A stretch of DNA of 62,632 bases, the filler included, from Stramenopiles sp. TOSAG23-2 (Eukaryota), in the NCBI GenBank assembly GCA_900128395.1. It is 28 parts of 28 records of this genome, joined end to end, with 100 filler letters (N's around TTAATTAATTAA, not from the genome) between each part and the next. Parts side by side here need not be neighbours in the genome. Positions count along the whole stretch, not along the records: positions 11,246 to 13,393 come from LT651983.1; positions 13,494 to 15,640 come from LT651984.1; positions 15,741 to 17,886 come from LT651985.1; positions 17,987 to 20,132 come from LT651986.1; positions 20,233 to 22,378 come from LT651987.1; positions 22,479 to 24,624 come from LT651988.1; 22 more parts are not named here. One strand, 5' to 3'. Below, one piece after another: positions 12,171 through 24,427 of this stretch (positions within the stretch are counted from its first letter, which is position 1; the number at the start of each line of letters is the position of its first letter). The notes below the pieces were generated by a model, which worked only from the letters and a program-made list of their open reading frames with translations, was not told where the DNA came from and did no database searches. The position numbers and the translations under genes are program-made.

Positions 12171-13393
12171 ATGGGATCTGGCGTAAGTACCGAGAATATG
12201 ACTGATGAACAATACAAAGAAGCTGTTGATAAATTATTTGCAGAAGTTGCTTCTATTCGTGAATCAAATCCAGGAAATCGTTGCGTTAAATATTTAACAC
12301 GCGAAATATTTGACTCATATGACAGAGCTGATCAAATGACATTGTACAAGTGTGCTAGAACTGGTATTGAAAACAAAGATTCTGGTCTAGGTTGCTATGC
12401 AATGAAACCAGAAGATTATACCAAGTTCGAAAATTTTTTCGACCCGTTAATTCGTGACTATCATGGTGCAGCAGCTGATGCCGTACATGTAACCGATTGG
12501 GATGCTTCCGCTGTTGGCGAGAATGGTGTATTGGACGTCACAAAACTTGGTTTGGAAGAGCTCTCCATGCGTGTCCGCGTTGGCCGTAACTTGGCTCAAT
12601 TCAACCTTCCAGGCTTAATGGACCAGGCAGAACGTATTAAATTTGAAGTCACCATGCTTCAAGCATTTGCAAAACTTATTGAAGATCCAGAGTTTAAAGG
12701 CACTATCTATTCCATGTCACCAAACCATGGCGAAGGTGTTGAAAATCCAAATTTGATCGACGATGCAAAATACAAAGAGCTTGTAGATGCGCACGTCATG
12801 TTTAAAGATATGGATGCAGATCCATTCTTGAAAAGCGCAGGTATCAGTTCTGACTGGCCATATGGCCGTGGCTGTTGGCAATCGGAAGATAAACAATGTA
12901 TCATTTGGTTCGGTGAGGAAGATCAATTACGTATTATGTGCATGAAAAAAGGCACAAAATTAAATGAAGTTTTTGATCGTTTGAAAAAATTATTGGATAA
13001 GGTTGAATCCATCGATGGCATCGAATTTGCAAAAAGTGATAAATATGGTTATGTTACCTCGTGTCCAAGTAATTTAGGAACTGGTATGCGTGCTTCTGTT
13101 CATGTCAAATTGCCAAACTTAACTTCAGACGGCACTGATGCAAAAGCTAAGGAAGTGTGTAATCCACTTGGATTATCGGTACGTGGTACTGGTGGTGAGC
13201 ATACACCAATTGGCGCTGATGGAACCGTTGATATTTCACCTCGTGCACGTCTTTTCATTAAAGAGCGTGATATTATTCAAGCTCTATTTGACGGTATCAG
13301 TAAACTTATGGTTAAAGAGAAAGAGGCTGCATCTGCAACAACAACAGAGGAAGCACCAAAAGAGGAAGCATCAAAAGAGGAAGCACCAAAAGA
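12171..13393 (+). CDS. Phosphagen (arginine-type) kinase, ATP:guanido phosphotransferase (last codons truncated)
   Basis: SMRVRVGRN, WPYGRG, EEDQLR, CPSNLGTGMRASVH and SVRGTGGEH motifs; N-terminus MGSGVS. Confidence 0.95.
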
Positions 13394-13927
13394 NNNNNNN
13401 NNNNNNNNNNNNNNNNNNNNNNNNNNNNNNNNNNNNNTTAATTAATTAANNNNNNNNNNNNNNNNNNNNNNNNNNNNNNNNNNNNNNNNNNNNCCTACTC
13501 ATAACAATTCCTACTCTCCAAAGAATACAGTGCTCGAGCCAATATTAATAATCTATCTCAACTAAAATCGAAGTGTCAGATGAGATACATCGGTACTGTT
13601 GTAGAGTATATCATATATGATAGTCCGCGAAACGTGCCATTTACTAAATATTTTAAAATCTCGACGATCGCAAAAATAATGTGTGTGTCCGGTGTGTCAG
13701 GAACACTACCACAACTCCCAATTTAACTCTGGAATTACCGACGTATATCTCTCAGGATGTTATCAATTTCTGTAAAAAAATATAAAAAATATTTTTTTAT
13801 AAAAATATATCTTTTTAACCATCATAATATCAAGATATATGCTTAATCTCAGTAAAAACTAATTATCATATTAAAAAATGATATCTCATATAACTTACAA
13901 AAACAAAAATATATCAAGAGCTACACT

Positions 13928-15370
13928 CTATATTTTCGCCATTTGCCATTTCATTGGCAAAGAGATATACCATAACCATAATGCGCCAATTCCTCGAACT
14001 GTATTTAACCCAGTCTTTGCAATCCAAATATAAAACAATGAATGAAAAGTTGGTATGGAGGAAACGAAGAATAAAAGTGGTGCAAATACACACAGACAAG
14101 CAATCAACATTAAATTTCGTACAAAACGAAATGCATGTGCAGCATAAATTAGTCCATCTAAAACAAAAACGCATGCATTGACAATTTGCATTATACATAA
14201 AATGGGCCATATGGACATTAATATTTCAGATGTTCTCTTATCATTAATATGAAACAGACTTAAAATTTCTATACGAAACAGAAACATAATCATGCCTGCT
14301 ATAGCACCAGTTATACTACCAAAAAACATTAAAATATTACGCAAAGTTAAAAGTTGTTTGAATTTGTTGCGTGCAAGCAAATTTGCACCAACCATTGTAC
14401 CAACATCCGCAAATCCGTCACATACATAACTTGTAACCATCCACAACGTAATTGCAATTTGATGTGCTGCTAATGGAGAAGTTCCAAGATTTCCTGCCAT
14501 GACGCTCATTGCATAAACCGATCCCGTCAACAATATTGAACGAATTATTAAATTACCTGAAGCAACGAAATACTCCAAAAAAATCGTATTCCAACACCCT
14601 TCTGTTTTCGATTCCTCCACTTTTTCCTCCAGTAAATTTACAGAGATCATTGTGGCATCATTGTTTTTCAATGTACAACATCGAAACATTTGGATGTTTC
14701 CATTTGCTTCTTTAGGTGGAAACCATAGGACAAACATGAAGGATAAAAACCACCCAATTCCAGAGACAATGACACGACCAATTGTAGCATCTAAAAGATC
14801 CCCTTTCATGAAACGAAGAGCATACACTTGACTTGCAACTTCTAGTATAGACACAAAAATTGCTAGAATTGCCATGATTTGTAAGCGTTGGTATCCACCT
14901 AAAGTACCAATGCATACACGTTGCATCATCATAAAAGGTAAGGAAATCAATCGGAATTTAAATGGCATTTCCGCCACATTTCGTACTGTACTAGATAAAC
15001 CCATAAAATGAAATATATATGGTGTCAAAAAAAATAAAATTAGTGCGCAACATAAGCCTATCAATAATCCAGTTGACATAGCAATACGTAACTTTGAACC
15101 TACTTTCAACCAATTTTTCTCTCCAACTGCCTTACTAACTTGTGCCATCGTTACCATTACTAGAAAATTGAAAATATTCAAAGCAAATGTTAACGTAGCA
15201 GAAATTGCAGCATATGCAGCTAAATTATCTTGTGTCAAAGAGTTTGCAACAATAATTAATTCAATAAACAATGCAATTGGAAACGAGCTTTCATTTATAA
15301 TAGAAAATAATGATAATTTAAACAAACGAAGCATGGAATGGAGATTCCATTCAATAATATTTGTTTCCAT
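13928..15370 (-). CDS. MATE family efflux transporter
   Basis: 480 aa with about 12 hydrophobic helices; FNFLVMVTMAQVSKAVG and LAAHQIA...DGFA motifs typical of DinF/MATE. Confidence 0.88.
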   Translation of the reverse strand: METNIIEWNLHSMLRLFKLSLFSIINESSFPIALFIELIIVANSLTQDNLAAYAAISATLTFALNIFNFLVMVTMAQVSKAVGEKNWLKVGSKLRIAMSTGLLIGLCCALILFFLTPYIFHFMGLSSTVRNVAEMPFKFRLISLPFMMMQRVCIGTLGGYQRLQIMAILAIFVSILEVASQVYALRFMKGDLLDATIGRVIVSGIGWFLSFMFVLWFPPKEANGNIQMFRCCTLKNNDATMISVNLLEEKVEESKTEGCWNTIFLEYFVASGNLIIRSILLTGSVYAMSVMAGNLGTSPLAAHQIAITLWMVTSYVCDGFADVGTMVGANLLARNKFKQLLTLRNILMFFGSITGAIAGMIMFLFRIEILSLFHINDKRTSEILMSIWPILCIMQIVNACVFVLDGLIYAAHAFRFVRNLMLIACLCVFAPLLFFVSSIPTFHSLFYIWIAKTGLNTVRGIGALWLWYISLPMKWQMAKI

Positions 15371-15742
15371 ATTGTAGTATATTATTGTATTCTAATTTTT
15401 TTTCTTTCTTATTCATTATTATTTTGCTCGTACATAGATTAATATTTTACATTTATTCAACAATACATATTTGCTTCCAATTGCACAATTCATCTCCCCT
15501 TCTTCATGTATTCTTTGTCTCATATATATATTTGTGAAATAATTGTATGGATGTAAATTCAACAATACGTCATCGTCATCCTTTTGGTAGATATAGACTT
15601 TTTTTTATAATTATTAAGGATATTGTTTTATTATATATATNNNNNNNNNNNNNNNNNNNNNNNNNNNNNNNNNNNNNNNNNNNNTTAATTAATTAANNNN
15701 NNNNNNNNNNNNNNNNNNNNNNNNNNNNNNNNNNNNNNNNGT

Positions 15743-17886
15743 ACTGTTGATGATTATGAACAACAATTAGCAAGTGAATTTGAATTGATGCGTGATAATG
15801 CATTACGTCAAATACAAAGTTTTGCGGAACAACAAGAATTTGATGTTATAAATAACGAAACCAGACATGATGTTACTAGTTTAATAGCAACATGGTGGAA
15901 ACCATTATTAGCAAAAGTAAAACGTGAAGTTGAAGCAATTATGAATGGTGAAAAAGGACAAGATAGAAGTGCATATGGTGTTTATTTTGCAACATTAAAA
16001 CCAGAAGTTATTACATTATGTGCTTTACAAACATTATTAAATACAGTTATTACAGCTGAAGGTGAAGATTCTAGTACCGGGCATAAACTTGTCACTGTAG
16101 CATTAAGTATGGGAAAAGCAATTGAAAATGAAATTATCCGAGAATCCCTTATACAAAGTGGTAAACGTTGGATTAATGAAACTGTTAGAAAACAACAGGA
16201 AGAAGATTTTTATACTGATCATGGTATTGAATATGATAATGATGGTAATATTATTGGTTCAACAAAAATGATATTTAATAATACTAATAATAATAATAAT
16301 AGTATCGATGGTATTAGTGGTAATAGTAGTAGTAATAGTATTCAGGATGATGATGGTGATGAGAACAATAAATACAATAAGAAGAGAAAGACTACGAATG
16401 TATCAAATGGAAATGATTTGAATGCTCTATTTGATCATATGCAACAAAACGATCGTTTTCGTTCTACACAAATTCCTCGTAGTGAAGAAAAACTTATTGA
16501 AGCATCAAAAAGAATGTTGAAACATCAAGAAGCATGGTCACCACGAACACATGTTAAGGTAGGTTCAGCATTATTAAAATTAATGTTGGAATCGTTGACC
16601 GTTTCAATGAGATTAGATGATGAGAGACTTGATGAATATATTTATTTTGAAAAATATTTATTGGAAAAACCAAATTGGATGAAAAAATATAAACAAGGGG
16701 TAACAAAAAATAATAATAATGGGAATGATATACATGATGATGATGATGATAGAGTTGAAATATCAACAAATTTATTACCGGAGGATGATGAACATAATAA
16801 TAATGATGATGATGAATTAGCTATTGAACATTTAAATATAATTAATCGACTAAATAATGGATATCATATGAGAGGGAAAATGTATCAAGGTAATAAAACA
16901 GGTGTGAAAATATATTCTGATATACCAGAAGAAATTTTTCATGATGAAATACGTCGAGTTCCTGCATTGTATCATACATATTATTGTAAAGACGGGAAAA
17001 GAGTTGGTGTCATTCGCTTACATCCAAAAGTATTTGATGATTTACGATCATTAAATAATATCTTAAATTTGAACCAAGCAAAATATAAACCAATGGTAGT
17101 ACCACCATTGCCATGGAAATCATCTACAAAAGGTGGTTATCTAGCATTACCATCAAAATTAGTACGTGTAAATCAAAATTCAGTGACAGACGTAGAGCTT
17201 GATTCAAGTGATTTAACACTTTTATATGATGGATTAAATGCATTAGCAGCTGTTCCATGGATGATTAATAATAATGTTTTAAGTGAAGTTGAAAAAGTAT
17301 GGTCAAAAGATCTTACACAAGATTTTGCTGGCTTACCAGCAACTAGTGGTACGTTGCCTAGTATACCGTTGCTTACGGGTAATTTTGAGGAAGATAAAGA
17401 TAAAATTATAAATCATCGTCGTTTGATTTACAGTGCGTTGAAAAAATCAAGTGAATCCCATTCCATGCAATGCGATACGAATTTGAAAATCAATACGGCA
17501 TTAGCACATAAATATGATGAAAAAATCTATTTTCCCCAAAATGTTGATTTTAGAGGAAGAGTCTATCCAATTACACCAAATTTTAACCATCTTGGAAATG
17601 ATTTAAGTCGATCGTTGTTGCAATTTGCAAATAAAAAACCATTAGGAGATAGAGGATTTCATTGGTTAAAAGTTCATGCGGCAAATTTATTTGGTTTTGA
17701 TAAAGCATCTTTTGATGATCGTGCGAAATATATTGAAGATCGAATGGAGGATTTAATTGATTGTGCAGAAAATCCATTGAATGGGAAACAATGGTGGCTT
17801 GAAGCTGATTATCCATGGCAAGCATTAGGTGCTGCAAAGGAAATATATGCAGCTATAAGACATGAAGGTGGTATTGAAACGTACAT
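15743..17886 (+). CDS. RPOT: Single-subunit T3/T7-type (mitochondrial) RNA polymerase, internal fragment
   Basis: YKPMVVPPLPW, GGYL, IYFPQNVDFRGRVYP, HLGNDLSRSLLQFA, WLKVHAANLFG and WWLEADYPWQAL motifs. Confidence 0.95.
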
Positions 17887-17986
17887 NNNNNNNNNNNNNN
17901 NNNNNNNNNNNNNNNNNNNNNNNNNNNNNNTTAATTAATTAANNNNNNNNNNNNNNNNNNNNNNNNNNNNNNNNNNNNNNNNNNNN

Positions 17987-18163
17987 GGAATACAAAGTAT
18001 TGGTGATGGATTAAAAACAAACAATACATTAACGACATTGTCCCTATATAATAATCAACTTAGTTCTAATATGAAATCACAATTAAAAGCTATAAGACAA
18101 TATAAAAGAGATGGATCAAACGGGTATCAACAAGTGAAAGGGATGAATATATACACATGGTAA
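17987..18163 (+). CDS. C-terminal fragment of an RI-like LRR protein (paralog of 1963-2148)
   Basis: GIQSIGDGLKTNNTLTTLSLYNNQLSSNMKSQLKAIRQYKRDGSNGYQQVKGMNIYTW*; the 3' UTR is also shared with the paralog. Confidence 0.8.
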   Translation, partial: GIQSIGDGLKTNNTLTTLSLYNNQLSSNMKSQLKAIRQYKRDGSNGYQQVKGMNIYTW

Positions 18164-18463
18164 TAATTAATATATATATATTTATATACTACCAACTACA
18201 ATATCCCTATATATACTTCTTCTTCTAATATATAAAAACAATTCTTCATTTAAAAATAATTATAATATATATTTATAATCATTTGTATATAGATTGAGAT
18301 AGAAGTGATATATTTTTAAACAAACAACATCAATTCCAATATCACGTGATCATCATCAATCTATATATACACAACAATTCTATTTTCAAAAGTATATACC
18401 TATTGATATATCATTTTATTTCTTGTTTTTTTTTTCAGATTTCATCACCCACAACATTATAAC

Positions 18464-19207
18464 ATGCCATATACTAGAAAAAAACCATTGCCGCAAATCT
18501 GTATTAAAATTACAAAAGATATTGAACAAGCATTTATTATTGTACAAGAAAATGCGGAGAGAAAAAATGAATATAATAAATATTTTGAAATGTTAGAACG
18601 TGATGATAAAGAAACCTTGAAATATGCACCTGTTGGTAAAAATAAAATCAAAGCAAATAAAAATTTATTACCATTGAAGTTTGTCTATCCATTGTTTACA
18701 TATGTAGAATTAATCAAAGAGAAACAATTAATTGACCATGAATTATACGATAAAAATTTAAAAGATATTGTCGCTGGAAGTGATATACACATACCAGAAA
18801 AAAATATATATATGCAAAATCCAGACCAAGACAAAAGGAAACAGGCATTATATGATAGGGCAGATCAACGTACATATAATAAAATGATTAAAAATGTGGA
18901 ATACAATATGATCAAACGACAAAAACGCGCAGAAGAAATGAATGGCCCTACATTGAAAAATGCATTACTACCACTTCATATGATGTTAGGACTCGCAGCT
19001 GGATTTATATTAGGATATATTGCAGGTGGTGCGATGAATTATAGTGAATCAAATAAAATGGTTGCTGGTTTAATCAGTATGGTATTGACATTTGCATTGG
19101 AAATATTTATATTTTTATTTAATGCATGTAAATCAGAAGTATATTCAAAAGATATTAAACGAAAAAAACGACGTGTTGTTGTCAATCAAAGTAAAAAAAA
19201 AGATTAG
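18464..19207 (+). CDS. Probable V-ATPase assembly factor, Vma12/TMEM199 family
   Basis: RADQRTYNKMIKNV precedes two C-terminal TM helices ending GLISMVLTFALEIFIF, the Vma12 layout. Confidence 0.65.
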   Translation: MPYTRKKPLPQICIKITKDIEQAFIIVQENAERKNEYNKYFEMLERDDKETLKYAPVGKNKIKANKNLLPLKFVYPLFTYVELIKEKQLIDHELYDKNLKDIVAGSDIHIPEKNIYMQNPDQDKRKQALYDRADQRTYNKMIKNVEYNMIKRQKRAEEMNGPTLKNALLPLHMMLGLAAGFILGYIAGGAMNYSESNKMVAGLISMVLTFALEIFIFLFNACKSEVYSKDIKRKKRRVVVNQSKKKD

Positions 19208-19517
19208 ATAGAGAAGAGGTAAAAAATATTTTTCCCAAAAATATTTATATTACCCAGTATAATTTAGTTTTACACTGCACATCTCATATATAATTATATT
19301 TGGTATATAATATATTATATATACGTATAAAAAAAATACACTAAATTTTGTATTTGAATAATAATTTTAAATATTATTTATTTTTTTACAAAAACGATTT
19401 TTACGGTTCGTACATAAGATGTATTTATCTCTCCTTACACACACCACTCTCTCTTTTCTTGTAACACAAAATTCTCCAATCACGTACATATATAATATGG
19501 TTGTAATGTTACCAAAC

Positions 19518-20129
19518 TCAATCATCATCTTCATGACCATTATGATCATTATTATCCTCCTCTTTATTTAACATTTCAATACCACCTAATATTAATTTCA
19601 TATGACCTTTCTTAACACCCATATCTTTTAAATCATCTTTTTCAATCATTGTAATTGCTTTAATTGAATCAAATCCTTCATTAGTAAATGTTTCTGCATA
19701 TTGATCTAATTTTGAATCTGGGCAAAGGTTTATTAACCATTTCTCAACGGAGAGATCAATATCGACTGGATTTGATTTTTCTTTGTATTTTTCAAAATCT
19801 TCTTCGGAATCTACCATCAATGCAATCAATTCCTCTTGTGTTAAATTTGACCCCGTTGCTTTGACTTGTTTGACTAAGATACCATTATGTGGTGCTGGGA
19901 TATCAAAAGTAAACAAATCTGTTTCAATTTCACATAATGATTCTTCCTCTTGTACTTCATCTCCTACTGTTTTGTACCATTCTACTAATTTATACGTATG
20001 TGCATCCGTTTCTGCTAAATATATTTCATGTATATCAATCTCATCTTTTTCTTTTATTTCTTCGTTTTCTTCTGGTTTTTCCGTTGTTACATCTTCCCCC
20101 TCTTTTACCGGAGAAGTAGTTGAATATTT
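19518..20129 (-). CDS. Lipoyl/biotinyl-attachment-fold domain fused to a SAM domain (5' truncated)
   Basis: KLVEWYKTVGDEVQEEESLCEIETDLFTFDIPAPHNGILVKQ (lipoyl fold), then VEKWL...LDQYAETFTNEGFDSIKAITMIEKDDLKDMGVKKGHMKLIL (SAM). Confidence 0.85.
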   Translation of the reverse strand, partial: KYSTTSPVKEGEDVTTEKPEENEEIKEKDEIDIHEIYLAETDAHTYKLVEWYKTVGDEVQEEESLCEIETDLFTFDIPAPHNGILVKQVKATGSNLTQEELIALMVDSEEDFEKYKEKSNPVDIDLSVEKWLINLCPDSKLDQYAETFTNEGFDSIKAITMIEKDDLKDMGVKKGHMKLILGGIEMLNKEEDNNDHNGHEDDD

Positions 20130-20416
20130 CTANNNNNNNNNNNNNNNNNNNNNNNNNNNNNNNNNNNNNNNNNNNNTTAATTAATTAANNNNNNNNNNNN
20201 NNNNNNNNNNNNNNNNNNNNNNNNNNNNNNNNTCTTTGACTGTTCCAGGAATCACCTATGTAATTGATACTATGTTCACTCGATTTAACCATCACATAGA
20301 TATTATATATATATTGATATAAATTATGTATCCCTCGTATCGTACGACGTATGATATTAAAGATTTTAGTAAAATATTTTGTATTTCTCTCTTTATACGT
20401 GTTATATATTAAATAT

Positions 20417-21835
20417 TTATCCTATGCTATTCGATGCTGTCATTGGCATCGCAAACTTGTTAAATACCACAGGGCAAACATAACATATAATTATTGCATT
20501 TGCAGTATATGACCAAAATTTAACAAATGCTGCGGCAAATATATTCCATCCTGTAATAGTATTTTCAACTTTAAATACATCATCTTTATCTCCATTTTTA
20601 ACTTTCACTTTAATTTTTGTCGGTTTTGGATGTGGATCAAGACCAAGTAATTTTTTCACGAACAATACTAACAATTGTTTTAATACTTCACGTACCGATA
20701 ATATAACAATATATCCAAGCACTGATTTTACAAAAATTTTAATAAAATTAGCAATGCCTTCATTTTCATATCCAACACTATATTCAATTAAACCACCTAA
20801 ATTAAAAATATAATCTTTATCATTTTTCAAATTGTCTGCATTTTCAAAATGCCATCTTTGACCAATTAAACATCCAGCAAATAAACCAGCAAGTAAAGCA
20901 TTTTGTGAAAAAGTTGGTTTTAATGGCCGTGTTTGTGGATTTAATAATAAAACAATTATCATAAAGAATATGATTTGAAAGGCTAAATACTCTGTGTTTT
21001 TAAACCAAGAATCCAATACATCACATGTCATGTAGTAAAAAATGCTTGATAATACCCCTAATAATGTGCCGCCACGCAAATCAGTTGGTGAATGTACACC
21101 GACATATAAACGTGAAAACGTTACACTAAGATACCATATTATACCTCCAATAACTGCAAGTGAAAATGGAAATTCAACACCTACTGAACTATTTGGACGA
21201 TAGTAATAATATAATATTGTAAACAATGGATTTGACATCGAATTCATTGCATGTGTTGATGGAAACCCATAATCTCGTGCAGCAGTAGAATCAATGCTAC
21301 TCATCATATCTGGTATCCATACTTTATCACGTGATGGTCTAGGCAATTTAAATACATCTTTTAACATATTTCCAACTATTAAACTTCCACATACTAACAA
21401 AGTTAAATAACGACCTAGCTCATAATTTATATTCCATATAATATTAGGCAGAGCAATTAAATAGAACTCTTCCTCTGCTAACAATGTTGAAACGATGAAA
21501 TAAAAATCTTGCACTGGTTTTTGTCCAACTTTCATGTATTTTTGAAACCGCAATACAAAATTTGTTCCACTTTTTACAAGTGCTTTTTTTCGTTTTCTAA
21601 ATGCATTGATTGTAAAAAATCCATACAACCAAATCATAGGTGTTGCTAATATATATACAGAAAACCATTTTCTTAATTTATGTAAAATACTATCCCCAGC
21701 TGGTGTGATTGATATTTCTTCAACAGAATCATATGCTAGATCAAACGATACTGAACGTGTTTTTCCTTTTTTTTCTGGTGGACAACGTGACCGTAGTATA
21801 GGTGATAAAACCTCTTCATTTCTACCACCTTGCAT
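20417..21835 (-). CDS. PAP2-family sphingosine-1-phosphate/long-chain-base phosphate phosphatase
   Basis: C1 KDVFKLPRP, C2 YGFPSTH and C3 SRLYVGVHS motifs; multiple TM helices. Confidence 0.9.
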   Translation of the reverse strand: MQGGRNEEVLSPILRSRCPPEKKGKTRSVSFDLAYDSVEEISITPAGDSILHKLRKWFSVYILATPMIWLYGFFTINAFRKRKKALVKSGTNFVLRFQKYMKVGQKPVQDFYFIVSTLLAEEEFYLIALPNIIWNINYELGRYLTLLVCGSLIVGNMLKDVFKLPRPSRDKVWIPDMMSSIDSTAARDYGFPSTHAMNSMSNPLFTILYYYYRPNSSVGVEFPFSLAVIGGIIWYLSVTFSRLYVGVHSPTDLRGGTLLGVLSSIFYYMTCDVLDSWFKNTEYLAFQIIFFMIIVLLLNPQTRPLKPTFSQNALLAGLFAGCLIGQRWHFENADNLKNDKDYIFNLGGLIEYSVGYENEGIANFIKIFVKSVLGYIVILSVREVLKQLLVLFVKKLLGLDPHPKPTKIKVKVKNGDKDDVFKVENTITGWNIFAAAFVKFWSYTANAIIICYVCPVVFNKFAMPMTASNSIG

Positions 21836-22478
21836 AGTAATAATGGATAATAATAATTTGTTTTTTGTAGTTATTGTTGTTGATCAATATGAAAAATTTT
21901 ATATATGTGTATATATGTGTGTGTAGTAGTAGTAGTAGTAGTAAATAAGTTATAGTCGAAGTTAGTAACTTTTTGTATTTGATTTATGTAATATATTTAT
22001 TGGTATATATTGTTTTTCTAGAACACTTTTAATATAGCTACATATTTCTTCTACATATATATAGATCTATATTCTGGTAATAATATTTTAATACATCAGA
22101 ATCCCAGAAGAATCCTCCGTCCACAACAACACGACAGAATCTGGAAAGACTTCCTCAAATGGAATTTTCATACGGATTTAGGATTGTGTCGTTTGATAGG
22201 TAAGAAATCGATGTAATTGAGTGTTTTGTTGATATTCTACATGTATAAACTTTCCCTTCCATCCTTAATCTCTTCTTCCCAGAGTGGGCATTCCAGCATT
22301 CCAGCATTCCTGGCCTTTGGGCTGGCCCAGTTAATTTTTTTCACAGGACGATACTTTAGCATTGGAATAGCATAGAGGNNNNNNNNNNNNNNNNNNNNNN
22401 NNNNNNNNNNNNNNNNNNNNNNTTAATTAATTAANNNNNNNNNNNNNNNNNNNNNNNNNNNNNNNNNNNNNNNNNNNN

Positions 22479-22685
22479 ATTCAATTGTTATTAACTCATA
22501 TGTCTCTTGATAGCATTAATAAGAAGGACGGGTACGGATACACTCCCCTGGACTGGGCATATTTTAATGATAGTCCAATTCGCCAAGAGATCATTGCGCT
22601 TATACGTTCAAAAGGTGGAAAAGCAAATTTACATGATGAAAATGGTAGACATGTAGGAGATGGTAATGGTGATTTAAATCATTAA
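22479..22685 (+). CDS. Ankyrin array copy 1, 3' end
   Basis: IQLLLTHMSLDSINKKDGYGYTPLDWAYFNDSPIRQEIIALIRSKGG...GNGDLNH*; near-identical to copy 2. Confidence 0.85.
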   Translation: MQLLLTHMSLDSINKKDGYGYTPLDWAYFNDSPIRQEIIALIRSKGGKANLHDENGRHVGDGNGDLNH

Positions 22686-23101
22686 CAACACAATCAGAGG
22701 AAGACGTCCAGAATGAAAGAATTGTTTGCATAGAGAAGATGTCGTCCATCTAATCAACCAGTTCAATTCATTGTTGTCAATCGGAGATGGAGCAAACGGG
22801 GAGTGTGAGAGGTGTGTGGGAGTGGTGAATATAATATATATATGACGCATTTGAAACCTAAAACAGAAATTAAAACGAGAATTATTTACTTTAACCAAAG
22901 CCTTTCGCCTTTCCAAATGTTTTCCCTCTTCTATATATTACGTTTCTCTGCCTCGTCATCTCTTGTCGTTCCTTTCGCTTTTCCTCTCCGGCCAGTCGAG
23001 GGTTTTATCAATTGAATTTGAACTAAGAAATATATATGAAATAGAATAATGTTGAACTATATAGATAACACACAAGATATATATATATATATATATACAA
23101 G

Positions 23102-23997
23102 ATGGCGTCAAGAAATACAAAACAACGGAAAGAGGAGAAGGACGATGATGATGATGAAATTAAAAACATATACGATGTATGTGGTATACCAGGTTTGTTT
23201 AAAAATATTTTAAAATTTTTAAATGTTAAACCTATATTAAAAATGAGTGAGTCTTGTTTAGTGAAAAATTTAGGACATGCAAGTTTTAATGAGTGTGTAA
23301 CTGAAGCGATAAGTAAACCAAAACAGTTGTTTGAGCTATATCAAAGGTACGGAAACGAGTTTGAAGGAAATACTGCATTGGTATGTGCATGTGAACACGG
23401 GCGTATGAATGATGTGTTATTATTTGTAAATTTACATCGTTTTCATAAATATATTGAAATGAACGGTGTGAAAGAAGGTAATATGACGTTGAACGAGATG
23501 GTGAATGAAGTCGGTAGGAGTAGTCGTGGTAGTGATTGGACACCTTTAAGTGCAGCTGCATGGAACGAACATTTCCACATAGTTCAATATTTGATTGAGC
23601 AAGGTGAAGCTGATCCTAACATTGCAGATATTGGTGGATGGAATGCATTACATTATGCAGCACAGTTGAATAGAACGACTACTGAGTTGATTCAATTGTT
23701 ATTAACTCGTATGACTCTTGAGAGCATTAATAAGAAGGACGGGGACGGAGAGACTCCCCTGGACAGGGCATATCTTCTTAATGATAGTCCAATTCGCCAA
23801 GAGATCATTGCACTTATACGTTCAAAAGGTGGANNNNNNNNNNNNNNNNNNNNNNNNNNNNNNNNNNNNNNNNNNNNNNNNNNNNNNNNNNNNNNNNNNN
23901 NNNNNNNNNNNNNNNNNNNNNNNNNNNNNNNNNNNNNNNNNNNNNNNNNNNNNNNNNNNNNNNNNNNNNNNNNGGTAATGGTGATTTAAATCATTAA
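23102..23997 (+). CDS. F-box-like/ankyrin-repeat protein, array copy 2 (internal N gap)
   Basis: N-terminal IPGLFKNILKFLNVKPILKMSESC (F-box-like, moderate support) and about 4 ankyrin repeats. After the gap it ends GNGDLNH*, as copy 1 does. Confidence 0.85.
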
Positions 23998-24427
23998 CAA
24001 TACAATCAGAGGAAGACGTCCAGAATGAAAGAGTTGTTTGCATAGAGAGAGATGTCGTCTATCTAATCATCCGTGTCAACAATCAAATATAAATTCAAAA
24101 TACAAATAGATGTGAGGAAATGAGATGAAGCAAACGGGGAGCAAGGTGTGGTGAGTTGTGAAAGTATATATGATACGGCGCATGCGTGGTGTTACCAAAA
24201 TGTTGAAAACACTAAAAGATAAATTAAAACAAAACACAAATAATATGTTTACTTTTCTTTACACATTCAACAAAAGCTTTTTTTCTAATTAATGCCTTTT
24301 CGTGTCTCTCTTCCATGTTGTATTTCTAGTCGTTCCTTTGAATTTGAACTAAGAAATATATATGAAATAGAATAATGTTGAACTGTATAGATAACACACA
24401 AGATATATATATATATATATATACAAG

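Noticed and set aside
15743-17886. Phage T7-like RNA polymerase as evidence of a virus or linear plasmid
   Set aside because: The long N-terminal extension, Asn/Asp-rich insertions and host-like composition fit the nuclear-encoded mitochondrial enzyme.
22479-23833. Diversity-generating retroelement acting on the ankyrin genes
   Set aside because: The differences are not confined to adenine positions of a template, and no template repeat or DGR reverse transcriptase is visible.
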